Part shown: positions 1 to 10,679 of the stretch, in pieces
How the letters are laid out: every line of letters starts with the position of its first letter
Numbering within the stretch: the first letter of the stretch is position 1
Origin: a bacterium
Lineage (GTDB): Bacteria; Patescibacteriota; CPR2; UBA1875; CAIMLA01
Assembly (NCBI GenBank): GCA_037129835.1
Contig: JBAXUE010000003.1
Location: 18,793 to 82,792, forward strand
Length of the DNA: 64,000 nt
Direction: 5' to 3'
Made by a program: the position numbers and the translations under genes
Notes under the pieces: model-generated
Seen by the model: the letters and a program-made list of their open reading frames with translations, nothing else
What the model was told of the DNA's origin: nothing
The model's database searches: none

Positions 1-55
1 CTGCCAGCCGTTTGACGAGTTCGTAATATTTTAATTGCTTGTAACTCTTTACCAT
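1..55 (-). CDS. 5' end of an ORF running off the window; possibly an ABC-2/Wzm polysaccharide export permease
   Basis: ATG at 55 reads MVKSYKQLKYYELVKRLA.., resembling Wzm N-termini; only 18 codons visible; next to glycan genes. Confidence 0.3.
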   Translation of the reverse strand, partial: MVKSYKQLKYYELVKRLA

Positions 56-78
56 ATTAACTAGGACATGTTACCATA

Positions 79-1998
79 ATGTCACTACAAAATAAAGTAA
101 AAATAACGCAGAAACAGGAATATATGACGACTATCTTTATCATATTATTGATCGCACTGGTATCCATAATCCCCGGTTTTGGCATCATTTACTACATACT
201 GCGAGGTAACGAAAAGTTTAATTCATTCGATTCCATTATCTTGTCCTTGATAATTTCGCCCGTAATAGTGGTAACGCTGTCATTCTTGGAGGTATCGACT
301 GGCCTCTCCCTATCAACACCCCTTCTTTTACTAAATATATTCATGATTAACAGTGCTAGTCTGTATCTAGTTACCAGACTGAAACCAAACATAAATCTCA
401 ATAATCTAGTAAAGAGATTGTCTCTACTGCAAATATTTGTTTACCTGGGCATGTTTGTAATATTTGTGGCCAGGATATGGTCTGTAATCAGGCTCCAGAC
501 ACCCTTACTGCATGATCCCATATCTCATTCAGAGTGGCTAAAGCTTCTAACCGATACGGGCAGGACAACCAATCTTTCCTGGTATCCTCAGGGGCTTGAG
601 TATTATCTGCAATACTTTACTCGTCTAGGCGGTGTGGAACCAGCAAAGGCTATATTGCTTGGAACAAATGTATTTCTATGTCTAATCCCGATCTCACTAT
701 ATTACTTCGCAAGACTAATAAATAAGGGTGAAAACGGCCTTTTCGCTGTTAGCGCACTAGTGATTTCTTCTGTTCTAGCCATGCCGAACTACCTCTTTTT
801 CACGGCAGGCAAAAACTCCATGATTATGGCCTTCGCACTAGTGCCTCTGGCGCTTTACTATGTATATAAAACGAATAATAACCAATATGAAAATGTCTTT
901 CTCGCTCTTGTTCTTTTTTGCATATTTACGGTTCATTATCCTACGGGTGTATTCGTATACTTACTCTGGGGCGTAAACTACGCCTTGTGTACTCTTATAA
1001 ATATTCGCAAGTTAAAGAAAACTATAGCGGGTAGCCTCGGTTTTATTATTCCTACGTTCGGTTTGCTACTCCTCTCTTTGATAAAAATATATCCTGTATA
1101 CAAGGCATTTCCTGCCTCTGATGATAAGTCAGTCTCATCTATTATTGGATATCTGCAAACAGTCGGCATAAAACAGTTTATAACGACAGACTCTCTCACT
1201 TATCATATTGCCACCTTCGGCTTTCTACTGACCATACTAGTAATTGGTAGTGTCTTCCTTTATCTTTTCACTGGGCGTAAGGCTAAGGGAGATACTCTAA
1301 CCCACTTTTTAATGGGCTTTGGCTTTCTGTATGTCGGTCTGTCTATACTGCTTAAGCTTCCTCAGAAGGTATTAGGCATCTTTTTCAACCTAGAAACTAA
1401 GTTTTTTTCTTTCTTTGTTTTAATATTATTCGTTTCTTGGTTCGTTCAATACTTTGTAGAATTCGTTGAAGAGAACTACCAATTCGGGCTGGCTAGCTAT
1501 ATATATATAATACTTGGGGTTACCCTACTCATAGGGAATGTCGCTCTTTATAATGAATACCGAGATGCCGGAGCAAAACTTTCTACGGTGGCTGCTCCGG
1601 ATATACGAGCCTTTGACTATATAAAGGAGAATATTTCATCGCAGGATAAGATACTAGTACAGATGGCGAGAGGAAATGGTGTGGTAATGCCTACAGATGC
1701 TGGTGCATGGATTTCTACATACACAAACTCGCCTATAGAAGTTGATTTTTCAAATTTTTCCAAGCCTGTGTCTGAGAAAATATTCAAACAGTACCAAGTG
1801 ATTGGAACCGATAAAAAAGCACTAAACAATCTTTACTGTAGCTACGGAATCAGATATATCTACTTCGGGTCCAGGCCTGTCTTTGCTCCAGGTATGGATA
1901 AGGTTGTTCTTGAGAGTACGAAAGAAGTTACAATCGTTTATAACAACGCCGCCGTGTTGTATAAAGTAGTCCCCCAGACCTGTCCTAGTAAGAACTAG
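79..1998 (+). CDS. Polytopic membrane protein, probable GT-C-fold glycosyltransferase
   Basis: 639 aa, many hydrophobic segments, HDPxxH loop motif and YP motif, soluble C-terminal tail (YGIRYIY); glycan locus. Confidence 0.6.
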   Translation: MSLQNKVKITQKQEYMTTIFIILLIALVSIIPGFGIIYYILRGNEKFNSFDSIILSLIISPVIVVTLSFLEVSTGLSLSTPLLLLNIFMINSASLYLVTRLKPNINLNNLVKRLSLLQIFVYLGMFVIFVARIWSVIRLQTPLLHDPISHSEWLKLLTDTGRTTNLSWYPQGLEYYLQYFTRLGGVEPAKAILLGTNVFLCLIPISLYYFARLINKGENGLFAVSALVISSVLAMPNYLFFTAGKNSMIMAFALVPLALYYVYKTNNNQYENVFLALVLFCIFTVHYPTGVFVYLLWGVNYALCTLINIRKLKKTIAGSLGFIIPTFGLLLLSLIKIYPVYKAFPASDDKSVSSIIGYLQTVGIKQFITTDSLTYHIATFGFLLTILVIGSVFLYLFTGRKAKGDTLTHFLMGFGFLYVGLSILLKLPQKVLGIFFNLETKFFSFFVLILFVSWFVQYFVEFVEENYQFGLASYIYIILGVTLLIGNVALYNEYRDAGAKLSTVAAPDIRAFDYIKENISSQDKILVQMARGNGVVMPTDAGAWISTYTNSPIEVDFSNFSKPVSEKIFKQYQVIGTDKKALNNLYCSYGIRYIYFGSRPVFAPGMDKVVLESTKEVTIVYNNAAVLYKVVPQTCPSKN

Positions 1999-3236
1999 TT
2001 GATATAGTACGCTACGCCCTCATATTTATACTGATAGCCAAGCTTTGATATTACATTGTTTTTCTCGGACTCAGATGCGGTATAGAAATGAGTGCCGTTA
2101 TTATTCCAGAAACGATATACGGGTACTCCTGACGGGTCTACAGATACGTTGTATGCAACTCCGTCCAAGCGGTATTTGTACCCAAGAGTTCTAATAGTAT
2201 TGTTTTTTTCCGCTTCAGAAGCCGTGTAGAAATGTGTACCATTACTGGTATTATAGAATCTATACAGAGGAACGGTGTTCCTACCGTCACCTGGATTTAC
2301 CCGATATGCAACACCTTCAAGCCTGTATTTAGTTGGCCACTTTGCCAAAACATTATTTTTCTCGGACTCTGAAGCGGTGTAAAAGTGTGTCCCGTTTGTA
2401 TTCCAAAACCGATATACGGCTAATCCCGGATCAACGTAGTCTATGTTCCCAAAGAATGTATTGAAAAACCAAGTATAGTTGTTCGAATAAGGCGTATATG
2501 GAGTGTATCTATAAAGAGCAGCGGTAGAATTATTGCCTATATATACCGAACCGCCGCCAATGTTGACCGTGTTGCCTGCCCAGTATGGACTCGTGTTTGG
2601 ATTACGATTGGCTGAGCCATTATAACTACCCCTGAGACTACCCGCCGCCCAGTCAACTTGCATAGCAAAACCGGCGCAAGAACCTGTGGGGTTGTCATTG
2701 GTTACTCGTGGGTGACTTTCAGTCCATGTACTGCAAGCCTTCACCACACCACTATCGGTTACTGCAAATCCCGTGGCCCAACGTAGTCGCCTAGCGTTTT
2801 CTGCAGCATCGTAATTGGAATCTGTCGGTGTTACCCAGCTTTGCTCCTTATATAGAACGGCTAGTAAAACCTGCGGGTTGATACCATACCAAGAAGCTGA
2901 CTTGGCAATAACATGTGCGGCAGTCCAGCCCGTTGATTCTTCTTCACCATCGAAGGGTCCGATCTTCGTCCCGTTATAGAAACCAAAAGAATCAGTAAAT
3001 GGAGCTGGCATAACGTAATTAGCAAGATAACTACCACGAGCAACTAAAAATTCTTGTATCTGTTGCTCGTTCATAGAATTTACATTATCAAAAACGCTAT
3101 CGGGCATAATATAGCTTGGGTTTTGTGCCGCCGAGGTTACAAAGGGTGAAAATAAAAATACACCCTGTAAAACTATAATCAGAGCTGTTTTCGCAATAAA
3201 CTGTAATTTCGTGCCTTTTTTCACCATACCCTCCAT
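1995..3236 (-). CDS. Secreted lysozyme-like protein with three C-terminal YRFWN..GTHFYTASESEK repeats (DUF5648-like)
   Basis: Signal peptide ending VTSAA; YGINPQVLLAVLYKEQS motif; three ~50 aa repeats. Confidence 0.65.
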   Translation of the reverse strand: MEGMVKKGTKLQFIAKTALIIVLQGVFLFSPFVTSAAQNPSYIMPDSVFDNVNSMNEQQIQEFLVARGSYLANYVMPAPFTDSFGFYNGTKIGPFDGEEESTGWTAAHVIAKSASWYGINPQVLLAVLYKEQSWVTPTDSNYDAAENARRLRWATGFAVTDSGVVKACSTWTESHPRVTNDNPTGSCAGFAMQVDWAAGSLRGSYNGSANRNPNTSPYWAGNTVNIGGGSVYIGNNSTAALYRYTPYTPYSNNYTWFFNTFFGNIDYVDPGLAVYRFWNTNGTHFYTASESEKNNVLAKWPTKYRLEGVAYRVNPGDGRNTVPLYRFYNTSNGTHFYTASEAEKNNTIRTLGYKYRLDGVAYNVSVDPSGVPVYRFWNNNGTHFYTASESEKNNVISKLGYQYKYEGVAYYIN

Positions 3237-3341
3237 ACCAAATTATTTTACTATAGGGTTCTGCTCGTGTCAAAGTAGAGTCAGTTGATATTTTATGAGT
3301 AATCTGATAATATTTCGTTAGTTTAAACCAAAAAGGAGCTT

Positions 3342-4370
3342 ATGTTTAAAGGGAAAATTTTATTAATTACAGGCGGCACGGGATCTTTTGGAAATGCAGT
3401 TCTCCGCAGATTTCTAGAATCTGATATCAAAGAAATCCGGATATTCTCACGTGACGAGAAAAAACAAGAAGATATGCGCAAGCTCTATAAAAACGATAAA
3501 TTGAAGTTTTATATCGGTGATGTCCGCAACCTAGAAAGCGTATGTGAAGCCGTAAAAGAAGTAGACTATATATTTCATGCTGCGGCCCTGAAGCAGGTCC
3601 CTTCTTGCGAATTTTTTCCTATGGAGGCTGTGCGTACAAATGTATTCGGTACCGACAACGTGCTTACTGCTGCGGTAAATGCTGGGGTCAAGAAAGTAGT
3701 TTGTCTATCTACGGACAAGGCGGCTTACCCTATAAACGCCATGGGCACATCCAAAGCCATGATGGAGAAGGTAATCATCGCTAAATCGCGAAACGTAGAT
3801 CCCTCCAAAACCACTATATGCTGCACGAGATACGGTAATGTAATGGCCTCTCGTGGCTCCGTAATCCCTCTATTTATTGATCAGATAAAGGCAGGACAGC
3901 CCATCACTATCACTGACCCGAATATGACTAGATTCTTAATGAACCTAGACGAAGCCGTTGACCTCGTACTCTTTGCTTTCAAAAACGCAAACCAGGGAGA
4001 TCTCTTTATACAAAAAGCATCTGCTTCCACCATCCAAGATCTGGCACAAGCACTCCTAGAAATGTTTGACGCCAAGGGTGGAATCAAAAACATCGGCACA
4101 AGACACGGAGAGAAAGCGCATGAAACTCTCATGACGAGGGAAGAAAAAGAAAAGAGTACAGACCTCGGCCAATACTTCCAAATACCGGCAGATACTCGAG
4201 ACTTAAACTATGATAAATATCTGTCAGAGGGCAATCTAGCTATAGAAAAAATCATAGAATATACATCTGAGAATACAGAAAGACTAGACGTTGAGGGCAC
4301 TAAAAAGAAGCTTATGACAGTAGACTATGTCGTCAAGGAACTTCAGAACAAAAATGGGGAACTCATATGA
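3342..4370 (+). CDS. fnlA: UDP-GlcNAc 4,6-dehydratase/epimerase (FnlA/CapE/WbjB family)
   Basis: TGGTGSFG, FSRDEKKQ, HAAALKQVPSCE, TRYGNVMASRGSV motifs. Confidence 0.9.
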   Translation: MFKGKILLITGGTGSFGNAVLRRFLESDIKEIRIFSRDEKKQEDMRKLYKNDKLKFYIGDVRNLESVCEAVKEVDYIFHAAALKQVPSCEFFPMEAVRTNVFGTDNVLTAAVNAGVKKVVCLSTDKAAYPINAMGTSKAMMEKVIIAKSRNVDPSKTTICCTRYGNVMASRGSVIPLFIDQIKAGQPITITDPNMTRFLMNLDEAVDLVLFAFKNANQGDLFIQKASASTIQDLAQALLEMFDAKGGIKNIGTRHGEKAHETLMTREEKEKSTDLGQYFQIPADTRDLNYDKYLSEGNLAIEKIIEYTSENTERLDVEGTKKKLMTVDYVVKELQNKNGELI

Positions 4371-5230
4371 AGAAGATCTTGGTTCTTGGCTCAAATGGTA
4401 TGGCTGGCCACGTAGTAACCCAAACATTCATAGAAGCTGGTTATGATGTAGACAACCTTACAAATACGCAACAATTCAATGACAAAACAGTGATTATGGA
4501 CCTCACAGACGGGGCGGCTTTTGATGAATATCTAGACAAAAACTCTTATGACGTAATAGTAAACTGCGTAGGTATATTGGTAGAACTAAGCGACAAACGA
4601 AAAGACCTATCCTCATATCTAAACTCCTATCTCCCTCACTATCTAGAGTATAAATACAAAGATACGAAGACCAAAATAATCCACATGAGCACAGACTGTG
4701 TATTCTCTGGAGATACAGGTCCATACCGAGAAGACTCGCCATACGACGGACAACTTTTTTACGATAGGTCCAAGGCCTTGGGTGAAATAATAAACGACAA
4801 AGACCTAACCTTCCGCATGTCTATCATCGGTCCTGATATGCAAGTAGCTGGTGTGGGTTTATTCAACTGGTTCTATGCTCAGACAGGCCAGATATTTGGT
4901 TATACCAAGTCTATGTGGACAGGTGTCACCACTATACATTTAGCAAAAGCAATGGTTGCTGCCACAGAACAAAATCTGACAGGTCTATACCACCTAGTTC
5001 CGGATAAAAATATTTCCAAATATGATCTTGTAAGTACCTTTAAAGAGGTTTTCAACCGCACTGATATTGAGATAGAGGCACGCGAGGGCGTAGTTGCCGA
5101 CAAATCGCTATTGAACACTCGGTCCGACTTTGACTTTGCGGTACCCTCCTATGAAGTGATGATAAAAGACATGAAAAAGTGGGTGATAGGGCACAAAGAG
5201 TTTTATCCTCACTATAAGATAAAGGAATAA
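4367..5230 (+). CDS. RmlD-like nucleotide-sugar 4-reductase (QnlA/WbvR-like)
   Basis: GSNGMAG, STDCVF and YxxxK (YDRSK) motifs; 287 aa with no cupin extension; lies between fnlA and the 2-epimerase. Confidence 0.75.
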   Translation: MKKILVLGSNGMAGHVVTQTFIEAGYDVDNLTNTQQFNDKTVIMDLTDGAAFDEYLDKNSYDVIVNCVGILVELSDKRKDLSSYLNSYLPHYLEYKYKDTKTKIIHMSTDCVFSGDTGPYREDSPYDGQLFYDRSKALGEIINDKDLTFRMSIIGPDMQVAGVGLFNWFYAQTGQIFGYTKSMWTGVTTIHLAKAMVAATEQNLTGLYHLVPDKNISKYDLVSTFKEVFNRTDIEIEAREGVVADKSLLNTRSDFDFAVPSYEVMIKDMKKWVIGHKEFYPHYKIKE

Positions 5231-5231
5231 T

Positions 5232-6362
5232 GTGAAAAAGCTAAAAGTAATGACAATAGTCGGGACCAGACCCGAAATAATAAAGCTATCGGAATGCATC
5301 AAGGCTTGTGACAAATATTTCGATCATGCTCTCGTGCACACAGGCCAAAACTATGACTATACCTTAAACGAAGTCTTCTTCGAAAATCTAGAGCTGAAGG
5401 CCCCAAACCACTTTCTCGAAGCAGTCGGCGACAATCTTGGTGAAACAACGGGTAATATAATCGCCAAAAGCTACAACCTCCTGGTAAAAGAAAAACCCGA
5501 TGCCGTGCTCATACTCGGCGATACCAACTCTGCTCTCTCGGCGATTCCCGCTAAGAGGCTAAAAATCCCTATTTTTCATATGGAGGCTGGTAACAGGTGT
5601 TTTGACCAGAACGTGCCAGAAGAGATAAATAGAAAGATTGTTGACCATATCTCTGACGTAAACCTTCCATATACCGAACATGCCCGCAGGAATCTGCTAG
5701 CTGAGGGCGTAAAGGCAGATAATATGTTTGTAACAGGCTCCCCTATGCGAGAGGTTCTCCAAAAGTATAATAGCGAGATACTTAAGAGCGACGTACTTAA
5801 GAGATTAAAGCTAGAAAAAGACAAATACATCCTCGTTTCGGCACATCGAGAAGAGAATATAGACGATGAAGACAACTTCCTTTCTCTTATGAACGCGCTA
5901 AATGGTATTGCCGAAAAATACAAAATGCCTGTAATCTATTCTACACACCCCCGCAGCCTAGACCGACTAACTAAACGTGGATTCAAGCTACATTCACTCA
6001 TACAAATACTGAAGCCTTTTGGTTTCTTTGATTATAACAAGCTTCAACTTGATTCTTTCTGCGTCTTATCCGACAGCGGGACTCTCGCTGAAGAAGGCTC
6101 AATACTAGGATTCACCGGAGTATCGCTCCGAACTTCCACGGAAAGACCGGAGGCAGTGGATGCCGGCGCCTTACTAATCGGCGGAATAACCACTAAAAGC
6201 ATTGTGCAGGCAATGGAGCTCGCAAGAGACTTGAGGGCTGATAGCTTAAACGGCCTTGTCCCCTTAAATTACCAAGATGCCAATGTCTCTTTAAAAATCG
6301 TAAAAATAATTCAAAGCTATACTGGTATCGTTAACCAATTTGTTTGGCGCAAAAATAATTAA
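5232..6362 (+). CDS. Non-hydrolysing UDP-N-acetylhexosamine 2-epimerase (FnlC/Cap5G type)
   Basis: GTRPEIIK, HTGQNYD, GDTNS, HMEAGNR, SDSG, ERPE motifs. Confidence 0.9.
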   Translation: MKKLKVMTIVGTRPEIIKLSECIKACDKYFDHALVHTGQNYDYTLNEVFFENLELKAPNHFLEAVGDNLGETTGNIIAKSYNLLVKEKPDAVLILGDTNSALSAIPAKRLKIPIFHMEAGNRCFDQNVPEEINRKIVDHISDVNLPYTEHARRNLLAEGVKADNMFVTGSPMREVLQKYNSEILKSDVLKRLKLEKDKYILVSAHREENIDDEDNFLSLMNALNGIAEKYKMPVIYSTHPRSLDRLTKRGFKLHSLIQILKPFGFFDYNKLQLDSFCVLSDSGTLAEEGSILGFTGVSLRTSTERPEAVDAGALLIGGITTKSIVQAMELARDLRADSLNGLVPLNYQDANVSLKIVKIIQSYTGIVNQFVWRKNN

Positions 6363-6366
6363 GTTC

Positions 6367-7386
6367 TTATAACCGTTTTTTAATTAGGCTAAATTTGTCA
6401 TTGTCGGCATTGACTATCTTTGATGCCAAGTCTAAATAGTTTCTGTTTTTGAAAAACAACACCTTGCCAAAAACTACTTCTGGTAGAGAGCCGGCGTCGC
6501 TTACTATCACTTTTTTACCAAGCTCACATGCCTCTACGGCAGAGTAACCGAAACCCTCCGTAATAGAGGGTACGATTACTGCCTTCGCTCTTAAAATCGT
6601 CTTTTGTAAATCTTCTCGTGTCATGGACGGAATCACAGAAACCTGATTACCTAGCCCCGCTCCTTTTATGGCTGACACAAATCTTGCTCTTTCCTTTGGT
6701 GGATCAGAAGCCAGTACAATCAAGAATTTACTTTTGCCCCCTAATTTGCCTATATATTGGATTATGGCTTTCAATAAGACAAATATGCCTTTTGTTTTGC
6801 CAGGTCTACCAAAATATAGGTAATAATCTCCTTCAATTGCTTTCCCGATCGTCTTTGTCTTTTCCAGTTCAGGATAAATCACCATCACCTTGCTACTATC
6901 TATTCCCGAAGCCAACAAATCTCGTTTGGTCGCTTTACTAATGGCGATGTATTTATCATATCCTTTGTGCAATACCCAATATTCAAAGGCAAAAAAGCCC
7001 ATTGCTTTTATCGGATTTTCTATCCAAAACCATTTACGACCAAGGCACTCGTATACCGTGATGTAACAGGGCTTACCCCCTACTTTAGCCGCCCTCATAG
7101 CAACTGGGGCGGCCGTATATGTAGCCGTATGAACTAAATCAGCCCATCGCACATGTTCTTGGAGATCGGTATTTGAGGGAACAGGGTGTCCGAAAAAACC
7201 CTTCCAGGGGTAATAATATATTTCAATTTTTTTGTAATTCTTATTACCGCTTACACCCCCTGAGCTACTTGTGGCCACCCGAACCTCATGTCCTTCACAT
7301 ATAAACTTGAGGGCCATTTGAAGAAGCAGATTCTCTGCACCACCAACATGGGGATAGAAATGCTCTGAAACTATTAGTATTTTCAT
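6367..7386 (-). CDS. Glycosyltransferase family 4
   Basis: P.VGGAE N-terminal motif; PSITEGFGYSAVEA (ExFGxxxxE). Confidence 0.9.
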   Translation of the reverse strand: MKILIVSEHFYPHVGGAENLLLQMALKFICEGHEVRVATSSSGGVSGNKNYKKIEIYYYPWKGFFGHPVPSNTDLQEHVRWADLVHTATYTAAPVAMRAAKVGGKPCYITVYECLGRKWFWIENPIKAMGFFAFEYWVLHKGYDKYIAISKATKRDLLASGIDSSKVMVIYPELEKTKTIGKAIEGDYYLYFGRPGKTKGIFVLLKAIIQYIGKLGGKSKFLIVLASDPPKERARFVSAIKGAGLGNQVSVIPSMTREDLQKTILRAKAVIVPSITEGFGYSAVEACELGKKVIVSDAGSLPEVVFGKVLFFKNRNYLDLASKIVNADNDKFSLIKKRL

Positions 7387-7721
7387 TTTTTGTTTATTTT
7401 TTCCTCTAGAAGGGCCTGATGCTGGGTCAACTTAATTATTCTATCTGTCTGATGGGATACGATGACAGACAACATGAGAGTAAGCCCAAGAAGTCCCAAG
7501 AAAGCCGCTATAAATATAAGAGTAGGTGGATAAATAATTCCGAGATAGTGGGAAATCGTAGTGATTATACCTATGTCCAAAAAGCCTAAGGGCAAGAGCA
7601 ACGCGATAAATAGCCAGAGAATGGCGTATTTTTCTCTCAGATGTTTCTTTTTGAGTAGCCAGATAATGGTGCCCAACAAAACAAGACATATTCCGAGTAG
7701 AAAAATATAATAATTTTGCAT
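7383..7721 (-). CDS. DUF2304 (GacJ-like) small membrane protein
   Basis: LREKYAILW and LGIxYPP motifs, C-terminal LTQHQALL; directly downstream of a GT2. Confidence 0.85.
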   Translation of the reverse strand: MQNYYIFLLGICLVLLGTIIWLLKKKHLREKYAILWLFIALLLPLGFLDIGIITTISHYLGIIYPPTLIFIAAFLGLLGLTLMLSVIVSHQTDRIIKLTQHQALLEEKINKK

Positions 7722-7722
7722 C

Positions 7723-8415
7723 TTATCCCCTTACCTTCTGCATAAGCATAGAGCTTATGACCTTAAACATATAATAAACTGACTTTAGCGGAGTAATAGA
7801 CGACTTACCACCCTGTCTTTCTTTCATAAGGACAGGTGTTTCTACTATCTTTTTGCCCCTATTTTTCAAATACACTATCACTTCTGGCTCAGGATAATCA
7901 CTGGGATAATTGGCCGCATATAGTGCGATTACCTCTCTATTTACCAGGCGAAAGCCTGAGGTAGCGTCTGTAATCCTCTGACCCGTGAGTATCTGCGTGA
8001 TAAACGCAAAGATATTTATGCCTATTCTCCTGGCAAAGGATGAGCGGAAGCTCTTCTCCCCAAGGAATCTCGAACCTATGACGAGATCAGCCTTTTCACG
8101 ATCCTGTGCAGCGACCAACTTTTTGATCTCCTTGGGCTCGTGCTGCCCATCTCCATCAACCTGTACCGCGAAGTCGTAATTATTATTAAGTGCGTATATA
8201 TAGCCCGTTTGCATCGCTCCACCAATACCGAGATTTAGTGGTAATGAGATGTGAGATATTTTATTGTTCGAAAGTATTTCTTCGGTTTTATCGATCGAGC
8301 AGTCATTAACAACCATTATGTCCGCAGTCGGTTCTGCCTCTCGGATGTTTCTTATCACATCCAGAATACTCTTTTCCTCATTATACGCCGGCACTATTAC
8401 TAGTAGCTTTGCCAA
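7723..8415 (-). CDS. GT2 polyprenyl-phosphate glycosyltransferase (DPM1/GacI-like)
   Basis: VPAYNEE, NDCSID, QVDGDGQH, DATSGFR motifs. Confidence 0.9.
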   Translation of the reverse strand: MAKLLVIVPAYNEEKSILDVIRNIREAEPTADIMVVNDCSIDKTEEILSNNKISHISLPLNLGIGGAMQTGYIYALNNNYDFAVQVDGDGQHEPKEIKKLVAAQDREKADLVIGSRFLGEKSFRSSFARRIGINIFAFITQILTGQRITDATSGFRLVNREVIALYAANYPSDYPEPEVIVYLKNRGKKIVETPVLMKERQGGKSSITPLKSVYYMFKVISSMLMQKVRG

Positions 8416-8456
8416 AACAATCCCCTTACTTAGTCCTCTAATTTGTTAATTTTAGC

Positions 8457-9824
8457 TTATTTGTGCTTATCTTTCAATGAAATAGCGGATTTGTCAGATA
8501 ATATCAACCCTGGCAAGAACAATACGCCCAGGGTCAACATATATAAATACCGGTAGTCGTTAGAGACCCCAACAAGTACCAACAGAGGAACGTTTATACA
8601 TATAATGGACACAAAACCCATGATGCGCGCACTCTTTCTGACTATGCCATAAACAAATGCCGCCGCATAAAACATCAGGGCCAGAGCGTGATTCCAAAAG
8701 ATAACTCTCTGGGGCAAGTGGATGGACCAATAGAAAAAGTCAGTAAATGGCGCCGTAATAAAACTACTACGGGGTATGTAATCCATCTTATTGCTAGAAA
8801 CACCGATATAAAATGGGTCGTACCAGCCTTTCATCCCAAAACCTAGCTGATATGCAACAAGACAAGTCCTGTCCGCCATCAATACCGGTAGGTTTTTTAG
8901 GAATAACTGATTTGATTTACTTGCAAAATCTTTTTGATATAGATTGTTATTAGCAAAATAACTATCAACAGTACTCCTGTTTGCCATCATGAGCCCGTCT
9001 ATACTACTACACCTATAGCCACTGACGTATTTATCTTTTGGAATAATCGAGGTGAAGTATATTGTTTCTTCTGCTGTGATATTGGCGTCATTTGAGCTCA
9101 TTACCGCCGCTACTAGCTGTAGCCTCAGTGAAGTACTCGCATCTACATAGCTTGTGGTGTTAACTCCAGATAGAGTTGCCACTGGCCCTGTAATTACAAT
9201 AAACACAATACCCAGAGATACAACTTGAAGGAACAATCCCTTCCAATTGATTTTCTTTACTAAAAATAGTAATAATGGCGATAAAAGCAGATATACTGCT
9301 CCGTTATGGCGAGTAGGCGCGATAAGCAAACTAAGTCCGAGGAAAACATAGATAAGATTCGTTTGAGAATCATCATCTAAAAATCTCAGATAAACATAAC
9401 CGAGCAACACTATCAACTGCGAGAATATGACGTCTTTCCACATAGTAACGTTGTATATTCCGACTGCAGGTGACAACCAAAAAAAGATGAGGGTAGCCAC
9501 AATTAAATATTTGTTTACCTTCTTTTTATAAAAATATATAGCGAAAAGCGCCGCGATTAGTGATGATAATAATATTTGGAAAAATATAAATGACGCAATA
9601 CCGCCTAAATATTTTACAAAAATACCTAGAAAAAGCGTAAATACATAAGGGTGCGCGTTGGAGATTTTTCCGGACGCAATCTGTGTAAGCTGATTGATCG
9701 AATCTATGCTGAGATTAGCGGGATAAAAAGCATAAAGCCAAACAGAAAAAATTGCCGTTGATAATATAAAAACGGCCCAAAATACACTTAATTTTGCAAA
9801 TATTTTGCTAATGGTGCCTTCCAA
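8457..9824 (-). CDS. Polytopic membrane protein, probable GT-C glycosyltransferase
   Basis: DSxxQ early loop, WKD, RHNG and DYRY motifs; start codon uncertain (overlaps rmlD). Confidence 0.55.
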   Translation of the reverse strand: MEGTISKIFAKLSVFWAVFILSTAIFSVWLYAFYPANLSIDSINQLTQIASGKISNAHPYVFTLFLGIFVKYLGGIASFIFFQILLSSLIAALFAIYFYKKKVNKYLIVATLIFFWLSPAVGIYNVTMWKDVIFSQLIVLLGYVYLRFLDDDSQTNLIYVFLGLSLLIAPTRHNGAVYLLLSPLLLFLVKKINWKGLFLQVVSLGIVFIVITGPVATLSGVNTTSYVDASTSLRLQLVAAVMSSNDANITAEETIYFTSIIPKDKYVSGYRCSSIDGLMMANRSTVDSYFANNNLYQKDFASKSNQLFLKNLPVLMADRTCLVAYQLGFGMKGWYDPFYIGVSSNKMDYIPRSSFITAPFTDFFYWSIHLPQRVIFWNHALALMFYAAAFVYGIVRKSARIMGFVSIICINVPLLVLVGVSNDYRYLYMLTLGVLFLPGLILSDKSAISLKDKHK

Positions 9825-10633
9825 TCACTAAGAAATAAATCACTTGCTTTTGATTTTGTTAAATCCAGGGCCGAATACATCGGACGAGGAGCAATAGTGT
9901 GGTCCTTTTTGTCTGACAAGTATTCTTCGGTGGTGATTCCCACTACTTTTGTCTTTTTGCCTGCTATAGTAAAAATTTCTGTAGCAAAGTCCGCCCAAGA
10001 AATAATCTGCCCGTCCCCGGTGACGTTATAAATACCTGGTGTTGAGTGCTTCTGGACAACATTATAGATGGCCCTCGCCAGATCTGGCGCATAGGTGGGT
10101 CTGCCGTATTGATCATTCACTACTTTGATTTCATTCATCTTCTCAGATAGGGCTAGCATGGTTCGAACAAAGTTATTGCCCTCTCCATAAACCCAAGATG
10201 TGCGCAGCACATAGCCATTTTGTAGGGCCAGAACGGCCGTTTCTCCGTCTAGTTTGGATTTACCATAAGCACTAAGGGGGTTTGTTTTAGTATCTTCTGG
10301 TATTGGCTCAGTGGCAGTGCCATCAAAAACATAATCAGTACTAATATATATCATCGATATCCCTGCCTTTTTACAAGCATTAACTAAGTTGCGCGTACCG
10401 CCGGCGTTTACCTTATTTGCAAGATCAGGATTTTCTTCACAGCCATCTACGTTCGTGATGGCCGCTCCATGCACTAGAAAATCTGGCTCAAAATCAGTAA
10501 AAACACGCTCTATCTGAGTGGGATCTGTGATTTCCATGTTATCTGTGTCGGTAAGGAGTATTTCTTCGTTTTTTAAAACTTCTGCAAGGGCTTTGCCCAG
10601 CTGTCCGTTGCCCCCCGTGATTAATATTTTCAT
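9788..10633 (-). CDS. rmlD: dTDP-4-dehydrorhamnose reductase
   Basis: GGNGQLG, STDYVFDG, YGKSK, DQYGRPTY motifs. Confidence 0.93.
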   Translation of the reverse strand: MKILITGGNGQLGKALAEVLKNEEILLTDTDNMEITDPTQIERVFTDFEPDFLVHGAAITNVDGCEENPDLANKVNAGGTRNLVNACKKAGISMIYISTDYVFDGTATEPIPEDTKTNPLSAYGKSKLDGETAVLALQNGYVLRTSWVYGEGNNFVRTMLALSEKMNEIKVVNDQYGRPTYAPDLARAIYNVVQKHSTPGIYNVTGDGQIISWADFATEIFTIAGKKTKVVGITTEEYLSDKKDHTIAPRPMYSALDLTKSKASDLFLSDWKAPLAKYLQN

Positions 10634-10679
10634 ATTGTTATTCCTTGATATTATTTACTCGCTAAACTACAATCTATGT

